Positions 1 to 8,558 of a DNA stretch of 31,234 nt are shown in pieces. A model generated the notes under the pieces. The model searched no databases. It was not told the DNA's origin and saw nothing but the letters and a program-made list of their open reading frames with translations. This stretch comes from Bacteriovoracaceae bacterium (GTDB lineage: Bacteria > Bdellovibrionota > Bacteriovoracia > Bacteriovoracales > Bacteriovoracaceae), in NCBI GenBank assembly GCA_018649885.1, contig JABIHA010000085.1:162744-193977 (forward strand), given 5' to 3'. The translations under genes and the position numbers were made by a program. How positions within the stretch are numbered: the first letter of the stretch is position 1; the number at the start of each line of letters is the position of its first letter.

Positions 1-1218
1 TTACAGCAAGGCCTTGGCAGAATTACCTATGCATCCGCTAGTGAAGGACAGATAAAAGATACAGATCTCGATGGACTCTCTGATCGTGAGGAAAGAGAAG
101 TTTATTTTACTAATCCTTCTGTCTCCGATAGTGATGGTGATGGTTTTAGTGATAGTGAAGAAGTTCTCCCTACTGGGAAAAATGGGGTATCTCTAGTGGA
201 TTTAGGCGCCAATCCCAATGTACGAGATATTTTTATCGAAATTGATTATATGGCCAGTCCCAAAGGCCTAGAAAATTCTGAAACTGACACAACAAAGTCT
301 TTTAAAGGGCTTCAAATCTTTGAGGAATCACTAAGAAAAGTTCAATTGGCGTTTGCTGCTTACGATCCCGAAATTAATGGAGGAAAAAAAACACCATTTA
401 AAATTCATTTTGATATAGGCGATCTCTTTGACAAATCAAGTGGTCTAAACCCCGAAAAATTTGATCTTGGGGGAGGACAGGAGATTCCTTTTCAGTCAAA
501 ACTTCGTATTGCATACCCAGGAAGCTCACTTTCTCACAATGATCTTAAACAACTTTATTTTGATCCTAGCAGACAGGGGATTTTTCACTACTTGATTTGG
601 GGATACGAGTTTGAGGAGCACTATAACCCTAAAACAGGGTATAGAGTCACCTCTGGTATTCACGGATTGGCCGAAATCCCAGGCAATGATTTTGCCATTT
701 GCATTGGTTGGGTCTCTGTAGGTAATAGCGTGTATTCTCACAATATGCAGGCAATGGAAATTATGCACGAACTAGGTCATAACCTAGGTCTCAGTCACGA
801 CGGAAGTAGAAAAGAGTATTGGGGGAGAAAGCCAAACTATCCATCCATTATGAGCTATCAATATACTTATTACGATTCAGATATTGAGGGAAACGGTTGG
901 CGCTATTATTCATCTAGTTCGCCTTATAGGAAAAAGCTTGTTGAGATTGGCAAGGGGTCACCGATGAACCTCCATTCTCCTGATTATCTACCGTACTACT
1001 CTTATGGTCTGAATATTGGTCTCGATGAAGATAATATGAGTGAGAAAATGGGTTGGAGTGGGATATTCATCGATTATAATAAAAATGGTGTTATTGACGA
1101 TGCTAAGTTTCAAAAAGACTTCAACTCTGATGGGAATAAATGGTCAGATCACGTGGACTTCAATGACTGGGCCAATCTCAAACTCGATTTTGGTGGTCAT
1201 CCCTATTACAATGACTGA
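1..1218 (+). CDS. Zinc metalloprotease (metzincin-type) with Ca-binding DxDxDG repeats; 5'-truncated by the window edge
   Basis: Frame is open from base 1 (LQQGLGRITY...). It carries DTDLDGLSDREE and DSDGDGFSDSEE repeats, the HExxHxxGxxH motif HELGHNLGLSH, a Met-turn SIMSY, and C-terminal DYNKNG/DFNSDG motifs. Confidence 0.85.
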   Translation, partial: LQQGLGRITYASASEGQIKDTDLDGLSDREEREVYFTNPSVSDSDGDGFSDSEEVLPTGKNGVSLVDLGANPNVRDIFIEIDYMASPKGLENSETDTTKSFKGLQIFEESLRKVQLAFAAYDPEINGGKKTPFKIHFDIGDLFDKSSGLNPEKFDLGGGQEIPFQSKLRIAYPGSSLSHNDLKQLYFDPSRQGIFHYLIWGYEFEEHYNPKTGYRVTSGIHGLAEIPGNDFAICIGWVSVGNSVYSHNMQAMEIMHELGHNLGLSHDGSRKEYWGRKPNYPSIMSYQYTYYDSDIEGNGWRYYSSSSPYRKKLVEIGKGSPMNLHSPDYLPYYSYGLNIGLDEDNMSEKMGWSGIFIDYNKNGVIDDAKFQKDFNSDGNKWSDHVDFNDWANLKLDFGGHPYYND

Positions 1219-1894
1219 GCTTTGGTATCCACTCAGGAAGTGAGTGGATCAATTTTGGAATGATGTCTTTGGCCCCCGTGTGATAGTCATCTGTATTTTT
1301 TTGATAGGACTGTGGTTTTTCTAAACTAACTGTATCACTAACACCTCTAATAATGAGACATTTCACATTGTTTTTTTGGCAGACTCTTGCAATGGAGCCT
1401 GACTCCCAGTCTACAACTTTAGCACCGTACTTGGATTTGAGGTGGGGTATATCGCTCTGATCTAAATCTCTATCCGCAGATAGCATCGTCTCTCTTGTGA
1501 CTGGAAGTGGGCATGTCTCAAGCCAGCATAAATCAATATCAGTTGAATACTCTCTTATGAACTGATCGGGATCGGACATTTTTTCATACATGTCATAGAT
1601 AATGGTTTTTTCCACTAAAATGAGATCCCCTCTACTGACTTCTCCGGCAATTCCACCACATGTGCCTAGATTGAAAACTATGCTTGGGCCCCATTTTGAA
1701 ATTAAATATTGAGCCGAGGCAGCTGCATCCACTTTTCCACAGCCCCCGCGTAGAAAAACAAGGTCACCATGATAAAAATATTCACCATAAGGACACAAGC
1801 CAATCTTTTCTGGGGAGAGCGTTGACTTTGCTGCCCTCCATTCAGAATTTGCAGAAATAATAACACCAACTTGAATTTTCTTATTTTCATTCAT
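1178..1894 (-). CDS. 5'-methylthioadenosine/S-adenosylhomocysteine nucleosidase family protein
   Basis: PNP/MTAN motifs GCGKVDAA, NLGTCGG, DWESGSIA and RGVSD. Confidence 0.8.
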   Translation of the reverse strand: MNENKKIQVGVIISANSEWRAAKSTLSPEKIGLCPYGEYFYHGDLVFLRGGCGKVDAAASAQYLISKWGPSIVFNLGTCGGIAGEVSRGDLILVEKTIIYDMYEKMSDPDQFIREYSTDIDLCWLETCPLPVTRETMLSADRDLDQSDIPHLKSKYGAKVVDWESGSIARVCQKNNVKCLIIRGVSDTVSLEKPQSYQKNTDDYHTGAKDIIPKLIHSLPEWIPKLSHCNRDDHQNRV

Positions 1895-1899
1895 AGTAC

Positions 1900-1923
1900 A
1901 AAAATGAGCACTGAGTGCTCATT
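1900..1923 (-). terminator. Intrinsic terminator after the dppA-like gene
   Basis: Minus strand reads AATGAGCAC-TCA-GTGCTCATT-TTT directly at the stop codon. Confidence 0.6.
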
Positions 1924-3514
1924 ACTTGAATTCAACCCAAGTGAAAATATCGTGTCCTAGTGGGTCCATTTTATATCCACTTAAGTTTTTCGACATTGCT
2001 TTAAAAACTTTAGAGTGAGCAATTGTCGCCCAAGGCGCTTGGGCCTTGAAGATTTCTTGGGCCTTGAGGTAGAGCTTTGTTCTCACTTTGATATCAGTTT
2101 CTCTTTGCGCCTGCTCGATTAGATTGTTGAAGTCATCATTACACCATCTGGCCACATTTGATCCTGCATCAACTGAAGCACAGCCGAGAAGTACGTGTAG
2201 AAAGTTATCGGGATCACCATTATCACCAGTCCATCCTAGTTGAATGAGTCCGTGATCTCCTTTCTTGGATTTTGAGAGATAGGTACCCCAATCATAGGTG
2301 ACAATTTCAGCTTTGATTCCCACTCTTGCAAGGTCAGCTTGCATCATTTCACCAAGCTTTTTTCCGTTGGGGATGTAGGGTCTTGCTACGGGGAGTACCC
2401 AAAGCGTAGTTTCAAAACCTTTGGGGTAACCGGCTTCTGCGAGCATGTTCTTAGCAAGTTCTGGGTCGTGTTTATATCCAGCGAGGTTTTTATTGTGGCC
2501 CCACATCGTTGGAGGCAGAGGAGCTGTTGCCTTCATTCCTTGGCCCAAGTAAATGGACTCAATATAGCTTTCTCTGTTGAGAGCGTGATTGATGGCCTGT
2601 CTTACTTTTACGGTGGCAAGTGGTCCCTTAGTCACATTCATGGCAAGGTAGCCAACATTGAGGCCACTATCTTCTAGTACTTTAATACCATCTAATTTTT
2701 TCATGGCCTTTATATCTTGTGGAGCCGGATAGGTGACGAAGTGGCATTCACCGGTTTTTAGTTTTTGGAATCTAACAGAGGCATCTGGAGTAATTGAAAA
2801 AACGAGTTTATCAATTTTAGGTGTTTCACCAAAATATTCTTTATTGGCCTTGTATCTTATAAGAGTGTCTTTGGTGTATTTTTCATAAATAAAGGGACCT
2901 GTGCCAATTGGCATTTGGTCAATATCTTCCATCTTTCCAGCAGAGGCCAGTTTGTCAGCATATTCTTTGGATAAAATGCTCATAAAGCCCATGGCCATAT
3001 TGGCCAGAAAAGGAGCATTAGGTCTTGAGAGCACAAGCTTTACTGTATAGTCATCAACTTTTTGAACCGCACTTAATAGTGAGTCCATCTCCATTCCTTT
3101 AAAGTAATCATAAGAGCCGCCACTAACCTTGTGGTAAGGGTGAGTTGGATCTTTTTGTCTGAGGATAGAGAAAATCACATCATCGGCATTAAAATCCCTG
3201 GTGGGAGTAAAGTACTTTGTGGTGTGAAATTTGATTCCCTTTTTTAAATGAAATACATAGGAGAGTTTGTCTTCTGAGACATCCCACGAGCTTGCGAGCC
3301 CTGGAGTAAGAGACGTTTTTCCGTACTCAAATTCTATCAGCCTGTTATAAACAGGTTTTGTCACAGCATTGGAGGTTGTGCCATCAGTTATAATTTGGGG
3401 ATTAAAGGCAGTGGGGCTTCCCTCAGAACAATAAACTAGAAGTTTACCATCTCCTTTATTTGCTTTTTTAGAACATCCTAAAATTACGAGTAAACAAAGC
3501 AGTAAAATACGCAT
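1922..3514 (-). CDS. dppA: Dipeptide ABC transporter substrate-binding lipoprotein (family 5)
   Basis: Lipobox ILGC; motifs LVYCSEGSP, FNADDVIFS, PIGTGPF, RPYIPNG and GWTGDNGDPDNF match DppA. Confidence 0.88.
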   Translation of the reverse strand: MRILLLCLLVILGCSKKANKGDGKLLVYCSEGSPTAFNPQIITDGTTSNAVTKPVYNRLIEFEYGKTSLTPGLASSWDVSEDKLSYVFHLKKGIKFHTTKYFTPTRDFNADDVIFSILRQKDPTHPYHKVSGGSYDYFKGMEMDSLLSAVQKVDDYTVKLVLSRPNAPFLANMAMGFMSILSKEYADKLASAGKMEDIDQMPIGTGPFIYEKYTKDTLIRYKANKEYFGETPKIDKLVFSITPDASVRFQKLKTGECHFVTYPAPQDIKAMKKLDGIKVLEDSGLNVGYLAMNVTKGPLATVKVRQAINHALNRESYIESIYLGQGMKATAPLPPTMWGHNKNLAGYKHDPELAKNMLAEAGYPKGFETTLWVLPVARPYIPNGKKLGEMMQADLARVGIKAEIVTYDWGTYLSKSKKGDHGLIQLGWTGDNGDPDNFLHVLLGCASVDAGSNVARWCNDDFNNLIEQAQRETDIKVRTKLYLKAQEIFKAQAPWATIAHSKVFKAMSKNLSGYKMDPLGHDIFTWVEFK

Positions 3515-3618
3515 AGAAAAACCTCTTTTATACTAGGTGATAAAAACACATCATATTGGTTTAAACTTAGTTGTTTGACAATCGCGGTGCTGTGGAACGT
3601 TCCTGAAGCTGATGTGCG

Positions 3619-4329
3619 TTACAAGTCTTCTCGCAGTATTATTGGCAGCTGCCTTTTGAAAAAAATTCCACTGGGGCCGGGGGAGTACTGAAGCGCGAAT
3701 AACTCAACGCCTGCACGCTTTGCTTTCAAGACTTCATGAGAGTATTCGGGGTCAATATCGTAGGCGGGTGTAAAGCTGTCCACATCCTCTCTTTGGATAA
3801 TATAAATCATGCATGCTCTTCCACCACTTTGCACAATTCCTTGCAATTCATGCAAGTGCTTGAGAGCGCGGGTGGATACAGAGTCTGGAAAGGAGGCGAC
3901 GTTTTCTCCTTGAACCTTCATGGAAACATTTTTGACTTCGATGTAACACTTTTTTTCACCATAGCGGGCCATGAGGTCTATTCTGCTTTTTCCGATTTTA
4001 ACTTCTCTTTTTAATTCGTCGTGACCTCGGAGTTCCTCTATTAGACCCTCTTCAACTGCGTTGTAGGCGAGTTTGTTTGGTACTGAAGTGTTGACTCCAA
4101 TCCAATTTTCGCCATTATGTGTAAGCTCAAGGGTGTAGGCGAGTTTTCTTTTTGGATTATCAGATTTAGACAGCATTACACTCCAACCTGGGGCAATGGC
4201 GGTCTTCATAGAGCCCGTGTTTGCGGTGTGTGCAGTTACAAGGCTTCCATCATCTAGCTCTACGTCGGTCAAAAAGCGTTTGTAGCGCTTTATTAGTTTT
4301 CCACTTATTAATTCATTTTCAAATTTCAT
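3619..4329 (-). CDS. sfsA: DNA/RNA nuclease SfsA (sugar fermentation stimulation protein)
   Basis: Motifs KRYKRFL, HTANTGSM, SRIDL, YIEVKNV and FPDSVSTRALKHL. Start moved to the ATG at 4329 because the longer ORF-track start lies inside a terminator hairpin. Confidence 0.92.
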   Translation of the reverse strand: MKFENELISGKLIKRYKRFLTDVELDDGSLVTAHTANTGSMKTAIAPGWSVMLSKSDNPKRKLAYTLELTHNGENWIGVNTSVPNKLAYNAVEEGLIEELRGHDELKREVKIGKSRIDLMARYGEKKCYIEVKNVSMKVQGENVASFPDSVSTRALKHLHELQGIVQSGGRACMIYIIQREDVDSFTPAYDIDPEYSHEVLKAKRAGVELFALQYSPGPSGIFFKRQLPIILREDL

Positions 4330-4381
4330 GTTGGTGATCATAGAGACTGGGGAAAAAGATGTAAACGGCTTCATTTGCGGC

Positions 4382-4417
4382 AAAAAAAAAGATGCCCAGC
4401 AAAAACTGGGCATCTTT
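4382..4417 (-). terminator. Strong intrinsic terminator with no coding gene immediately upstream
   Basis: Stem GATGCCCAG (4391-4399) / CTGGGCATC (4406-4414), followed by 9 T on the minus strand. Confidence 0.85.
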
Positions 4418-4483
4418 AGGTGGAAATAAACATAAGGACGATAGAAAATATTCTCTTCTCTCCTTCATCCTAAAAGGTAACGC
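4382..4483 (-). ncRNA. Candidate ~100-nt sigma-54-dependent small RNA
   Basis: Lies between a -24/-12 motif (4509-4495) and a strong terminator. Internal hairpin AGGAUGA/UCGUCCU. No ORF ends before the terminator. Confidence 0.5.
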
Positions 4484-4493
4484 CTACACTATA

Positions 4494-4510
4494 AGCAGTA
4501 TCTGTGCCAA
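4494..4510 (-). promoter_or_regulatory. Sigma-54 (-24/-12) promoter
   Basis: Minus strand TTGGCACAGATACTGCT has GG and GC at the canonical spacing of TGGCAC-N5-TTGC. Confidence 0.65.
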
Positions 4511-4611
4511 AGTTTTGAGCCTAGTTTTAGCTCTTTAGCTGGGGGCCCTTTGGGAACTAGGATCAGCTAGTTACCACCAGAGGTGTCAAAAAGTCTTTAA
4601 TTTCAATTGGT

Positions 4612-4657
4612 TGGAAAGTTTTTTGCCAAAATATTGGAAGTGGAAAAAAGTTTTCCA
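4612..4657. promoter_or_regulatory. Two 17-bp TGG-N11-CCA dyads; candidate enhancer-binding-protein sites
   Basis: TGGAAAGTTTTTTGCCA (4612-4628) and TGGAAAAAAGTTTTCCA (4641-4657), about 130-175 bp upstream of the predicted sigma-54 start. Confidence 0.4.
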
Positions 4658-4659
4658 CC

Positions 4660-4687
4660 AAAAAAAAGGTCCATATTTCTATGGACC
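4660..4687 (-). terminator. Intrinsic terminator of the 124-aa gene
   Basis: GGTCCATA-N4-TATGGACC with 8 T on the minus strand, about 30 bp after the stop at 4720. Confidence 0.8.
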
Positions 4688-4719
4688 CAATTTATTGATT
4701 TGAATTTTTCGATTTTGGA

Positions 4720-5094
4720 TTATTTAGTAAATGAAACTTTGTTATCTTGATTCATTGTAAAGTAACAAAAATAAATGATTTCCCAATCATCAGTTTTTGC
4801 TTCTCTTTTTTGACCCACACACTTAGAGAAATCTTCAGAGCCACTGATTTCAACCATTTCACTTAGGTCAGATTGCTTCTTACAAGTTGCAACTGATAAT
4901 TTATCCTCAAAGTTGAGTGCCGTTAGATTTAATTGGCATTTGGAGAGGAGGTCTTTTTCGCTACTTCCCTCTACTGTTATTTCTGCTAGATCTATTGAGA
5001 GATCCGGTTTATCCACCTGTTGTTTTTCTTCTACTTGAGAGGCGTGGACCGCTCCCCAAGCAATCATGCTGGTTACCAATAAAAGCATTTTCAC
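4720..5094 (-). CDS. Hypothetical secreted protein (signal peptide, 4 Cys)
   Basis: GTG start with AAGGAG RBS, signal-like MKMLLLVTSMIAWGAVHA, and its own terminator. Confidence 0.75.
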   Translation of the reverse strand: MKMLLLVTSMIAWGAVHASQVEEKQQVDKPDLSIDLAEITVEGSSEKDLLSKCQLNLTALNFEDKLSVATCKKQSDLSEMVEISGSEDFSKCVGQKREAKTDDWEIIYFCYFTMNQDNKVSFTK

Positions 5095-5127
5095 AGAGTA
5101 ACTCCTTTTTAAATTTATTCATAAATT

Positions 5128-5144
5128 TGCAAGATGAGCTCCAG
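5128..5144 (-). promoter_or_regulatory. Possible sigma-54 promoter for the 124-aa gene
   Basis: Minus strand CTGGAGCTCATCTTGCA has correct GG/GC spacing. Predicted +1 is near 5117, just upstream of the RBS. Confidence 0.45.
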
Positions 5145-5191
5145 TTAAATATTAAGGATTTCAAGCAGATGGGCGTGGTGACTGAATAAGA

Positions 5192-5209
5192 CTTTGACAG
5201 CTGTCAAAG
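5192..5209. promoter_or_regulatory. Perfect 18-bp palindrome; candidate operator
   Basis: CTTTGACAGCTGTCAAAG between divergent genes, followed by CTAGTACTC x2 (5212-5229). Confidence 0.5.
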
Positions 5210-5349
5210 ATCTAGTACTCCTAGTACTCTCTCCGCCCTGAGACAAATTAGCACAGATAAGCTTAGCTCATGTTCTAAGGCCCTGGACAACCAGCGTACA
5301 CCTAATTAATGTTTAGGCATCCCAAACAGACTAATATAGAGGCAAAGAA

Positions 5350-5991
5350 ATGAGCGAAAATTCCAAGAAAGTAGCCCAAGTATTACTCGAAATTGGGGCG
5401 GTCAAACTCAGCGTTAAAAATCCCTTTCAATACGCCTCTGGTAGAGTGGGACCTATTTATTGTGACAATAGACTGATTCTCTCCAACGTCCCTGCTAGGG
5501 AGACCATATTAGAAATTATGGCCGATCAGGCCAAAAGCTTTGAAACTGATCATCCCTATGAAGTTGTTGCTGGTGTGGCCACTGCGGGAATACCTCACGG
5601 AAGTTTTCTTGCCTACCTTTTAACAAAGCCCATGATCTATATTCGCTCCTCACCTAAAGGCCACGGCTTAAAAAAGTTAATTGAAGGTGAGCTTACTCCA
5701 GGAGCCAACGTGTTAGTGGTTGAAGACTTGGTAAACTCAGGAAAGAGCTCGCTTAAGGCCATTAAAACAATTGCAGAGCAGGGGGGAAATCCAGTTGGAT
5801 TGCAGTGTATTGTGAATTATCAACTCTCAGGTGTTGAAGAGATGTTTGGCAAAGAAAATTGCCCGATTATATCTGCCACAGATTTTGATTCTATTGTAGC
5901 TGTAGCTGCTTCTAGTGGAAGAGTCGAAGCAGGCGAAGTCTTGCTACTGAAGGACTGGCATGCAAACCCAGAAAATTGGAATGCCTCTTGA
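5350..5991 (+). CDS. pyrE: Orotate phosphoribosyltransferase
   Basis: Motifs ASGRVGPIYCDNR, GVATAGIP, YIRSSPKGHG and the PRPP loop VVEDLVNSGKS. Confidence 0.95.
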   Translation: MSENSKKVAQVLLEIGAVKLSVKNPFQYASGRVGPIYCDNRLILSNVPARETILEIMADQAKSFETDHPYEVVAGVATAGIPHGSFLAYLLTKPMIYIRSSPKGHGLKKLIEGELTPGANVLVVEDLVNSGKSSLKAIKTIAEQGGNPVGLQCIVNYQLSGVEEMFGKENCPIISATDFDSIVAVAASSGRVEAGEVLLLKDWHANPENWNAS

Positions 5992-7040
5992 GCCTATCGG
6001 TTATCATTCCTACACTTAATGAAATGCATTTCCTTCCAAGACTTATAAGTGATTTAAATTCCCAAGAATGTGAAATACAAGAAATTATAATAGCTGATGG
6101 TGGTTCCACTGACGGAACTGATCTGTGGGCAAAAGGCCTTGGCCTTCGCCTAGCTGGGGGGAGTTCTGGGCGTGGGGCTCAAATGAATGCGGGCGCCAAA
6201 GTTGCTACAGGTGAGACTCTTTTATTTCTACACTCAGATAGCACCATAACAGACCCTACCTTACTCAAAAGAGCATTAGCTTATTTGCACGATCAGCAAG
6301 AGCATTTCGAAGTTGTAGCTGGGCACTTTAGTCTTGAATTTGATTGCCCCAATTCACAAAAAACCATCGCTCATAGATTTGCAGAAAAAAAATCTAGTTT
6401 TAATAGGCAAAACTCAGTCAATGGAGATCAGGGACTTCTCATTAGTGCACAAGTTTTTAAAAAACTGGGGGGCTACTCTGAGCAATTTCATTTTTTAGAA
6501 GATCAAGCAATGTGCGAGTTGATTAGATCGCGAGGTAAATGGGTCACATTGCCTGGAGTGTTATTAACCTCAAATCGTCGCTTTGAAGTAGAAGGAATTT
6601 ATAGACGCTTTATTTTGGCCTCTATGCTTATGGGAATTTATTCCGCCGGTATTTTTCGTTTTTTTGAAAAGGCTCCACAGGTTTATGCCAATCAAGATCA
6701 AACTCATAAATTGATGCTGACTCCTTTTTTTGAGTTGATCTGGGGTGTATTAAAAAATGATTATAGTTTTTGGGAGAGAGTGAAAATTTGGTTTCGCTTT
6801 GGTCGATATGTCCATCACCACGACTGGCAGCTTTTTCATTGGTTAGACACGATACTCGGCACCAGGTTTTGGTTGAAAACTTTTGATAAATACTTAGTTT
6901 ATATCTCTCGCATCTTTATTTGGGACCTTATAGTTACAGTACTGGCCTATTTTTGGTTTCGATTAGTGCTAACCACTTACTTCAAATTGAACGAGAGGGG
7001 GGTCTTCATGGCCAAGAATGTGACCTCAAAACCACAGTAA
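5988..7040 (+). CDS. Glycosyltransferase family 2 (TIGR04283-like)
   Basis: Motifs SVIIPTLNE, DGGSTDGT, GRGAQMNAGA, LFLHSD, GDQGL, LED and TSNRRF. TTG start overlaps the pyrE stop (TTGA). Confidence 0.85.
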   Translation: MSLSVIIPTLNEMHFLPRLISDLNSQECEIQEIIIADGGSTDGTDLWAKGLGLRLAGGSSGRGAQMNAGAKVATGETLLFLHSDSTITDPTLLKRALAYLHDQQEHFEVVAGHFSLEFDCPNSQKTIAHRFAEKKSSFNRQNSVNGDQGLLISAQVFKKLGGYSEQFHFLEDQAMCELIRSRGKWVTLPGVLLTSNRRFEVEGIYRRFILASMLMGIYSAGIFRFFEKAPQVYANQDQTHKLMLTPFFELIWGVLKNDYSFWERVKIWFRFGRYVHHHDWQLFHWLDTILGTRFWLKTFDKYLVYISRIFIWDLIVTVLAYFWFRLVLTTYFKLNERGVFMAKNVTSKPQ

Positions 7041-7274
7041 TATTGAAAAAAGATGACCTAGTTAATGGTTTTTTCAAAGTTTTTTGTTATCTGTTCAAGT
7101 TGGCGGGTTTATTGCGTTGCTTTTGACAGCCTGCCTCTTTTTTGCGAAAATCTGCCAAATTCACCTATAGATGGTTGCGGAAAGTCAATGTTTTTACTGA
7201 AGTCTTCTGTTCCGTCTTAGTGGTACAGTTAGCACTATTGCCAATAACTCTAATTATTTTCTTAGGAGATCAAT

Positions 7275-8558
7275 ATGTCAGATGCGGCCAAACTTGATTT
7301 GGGGACCCAAACCGTAGAGCTTCCCATAATAGAAGGTAGTGAAGGGGAGAAGGCCATTGATATATCCGCACTTAGGAGTCAAACAGGCTTCATTACAATA
7401 GACCCCGGTTATGGAAATACAGGTTCATGCACTTCAGGAATTACTTTCCTTAATGGTGAAGTGGGCATTTTAAAATATCGCGGTGTTCCTATAGAGGTAC
7501 TAGCAGAAAGATCGAACTTCTTAGAAGTTTCTTATTTGCTAGCACATGGAGGTCTTCCTAAAAAAGCTGAGCTTGAGCACTTTTCAAATGGAATAAAAAA
7601 ACATTCACATATCCCATCTGAAATTCTCGATATGGTTAAGTGTTTTCCTAAAACTGCACATCCTATGGGAGTCATGTCTGCCATAACTAGTGCTCTTAGT
7701 GGATTTAATGATCAGCTACTGACAAGCAATGTAACTGATGAGCAAAAAGAAGAGTCCATGAGCATTCTTTTAGGCCAGCTTCCAGTAATCGCTGCTGCTT
7801 TTTATCGCCATAGTCAGTCAAAGGAATTTATTCCACCAAGAGAAGATCTTGATTATGTTTCTAATTTTCTCAATATGCTCTTTGGTGATGATGGATACGT
7901 TGTTGACCCAGAAGTTGCTAGAGCGTTAGATATTCTCCTTATTCTTCACGGCGATCACGAGCAAAATTGCTCTGCTTCTACTGTCAGAATGGTTGGCTCT
8001 TCCAAGGCCAATATCTTTGCCACTATTTCTGCTGGAATCGACGCACTTTGGGGGCCACTACACGGTGGTGCCAATCAAGCTGTGCTTGAGATGTTAGCTG
8101 CCATTCAAGAAGATGGCGGGGACTATAAGAAATTTTTGGCCAAGGCCAAAGACAAAGAAGATCCCTTCAAACTAATGGGATTTGGACACAGAGTTTATAA
8201 AAACTTTGACCCTAGGGCAAAAATCATTAAGTCTGCCTGTGACACTATTTTGAATAAGCTGGGAGTAAAAGATCCTATTCTAGATATAGCAAAAGGTCTT
8301 GAAGAGCAGGCTTTGGTTGACAAGTATTTTGTCGATAGAAAGCTATATCCTAATGTGGATTTTTACTCTGGAATTATTTATAAAGCATTAGGGATCCCAG
8401 TTAATATGTTTACTGTGATGTTTATTCTTGGACGTATTCCAGGTTGGTTTTCTCAATGGAAAGAATTGATTGAAGATCCAAAAATGAGAATTTGCAGACC
8501 TAGGCAAATCTACACTGGTAACACGACTTTGAATTATAGTGATATTGGTGAAAGATAA
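7275..8558 (+). CDS. gltA: Citrate synthase
   Basis: Motifs DPGYGNTGSC, HGDHEQNCS, GPLHGGAN, LMGFGHRVYK and YPNVDFYSG; AGGAG RBS. Confidence 0.97.
   Translation: MSDAAKLDLGTQTVELPIIEGSEGEKAIDISALRSQTGFITIDPGYGNTGSCTSGITFLNGEVGILKYRGVPIEVLAERSNFLEVSYLLAHGGLPKKAELEHFSNGIKKHSHIPSEILDMVKCFPKTAHPMGVMSAITSALSGFNDQLLTSNVTDEQKEESMSILLGQLPVIAAAFYRHSQSKEFIPPREDLDYVSNFLNMLFGDDGYVVDPEVARALDILLILHGDHEQNCSASTVRMVGSSKANIFATISAGIDALWGPLHGGANQAVLEMLAAIQEDGGDYKKFLAKAKDKEDPFKLMGFGHRVYKNFDPRAKIIKSACDTILNKLGVKDPILDIAKGLEEQALVDKYFVDRKLYPNVDFYSGIIYKALGIPVNMFTVMFILGRIPGWFSQWKELIEDPKMRICRPRQIYTGNTTLNYSDIGER

Noticed and set aside
4319..4468. ~49-codon minus-strand ORF (MKERREYF...) within the sRNA candidate
   Set aside because: It lacks a properly spaced RBS and runs through the strong terminator.
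5194..5207. Back-to-back TTGACA -35 boxes within the palindrome
   Set aside because: There is no acceptable -10 hexamer at 16-18 bp on either strand.
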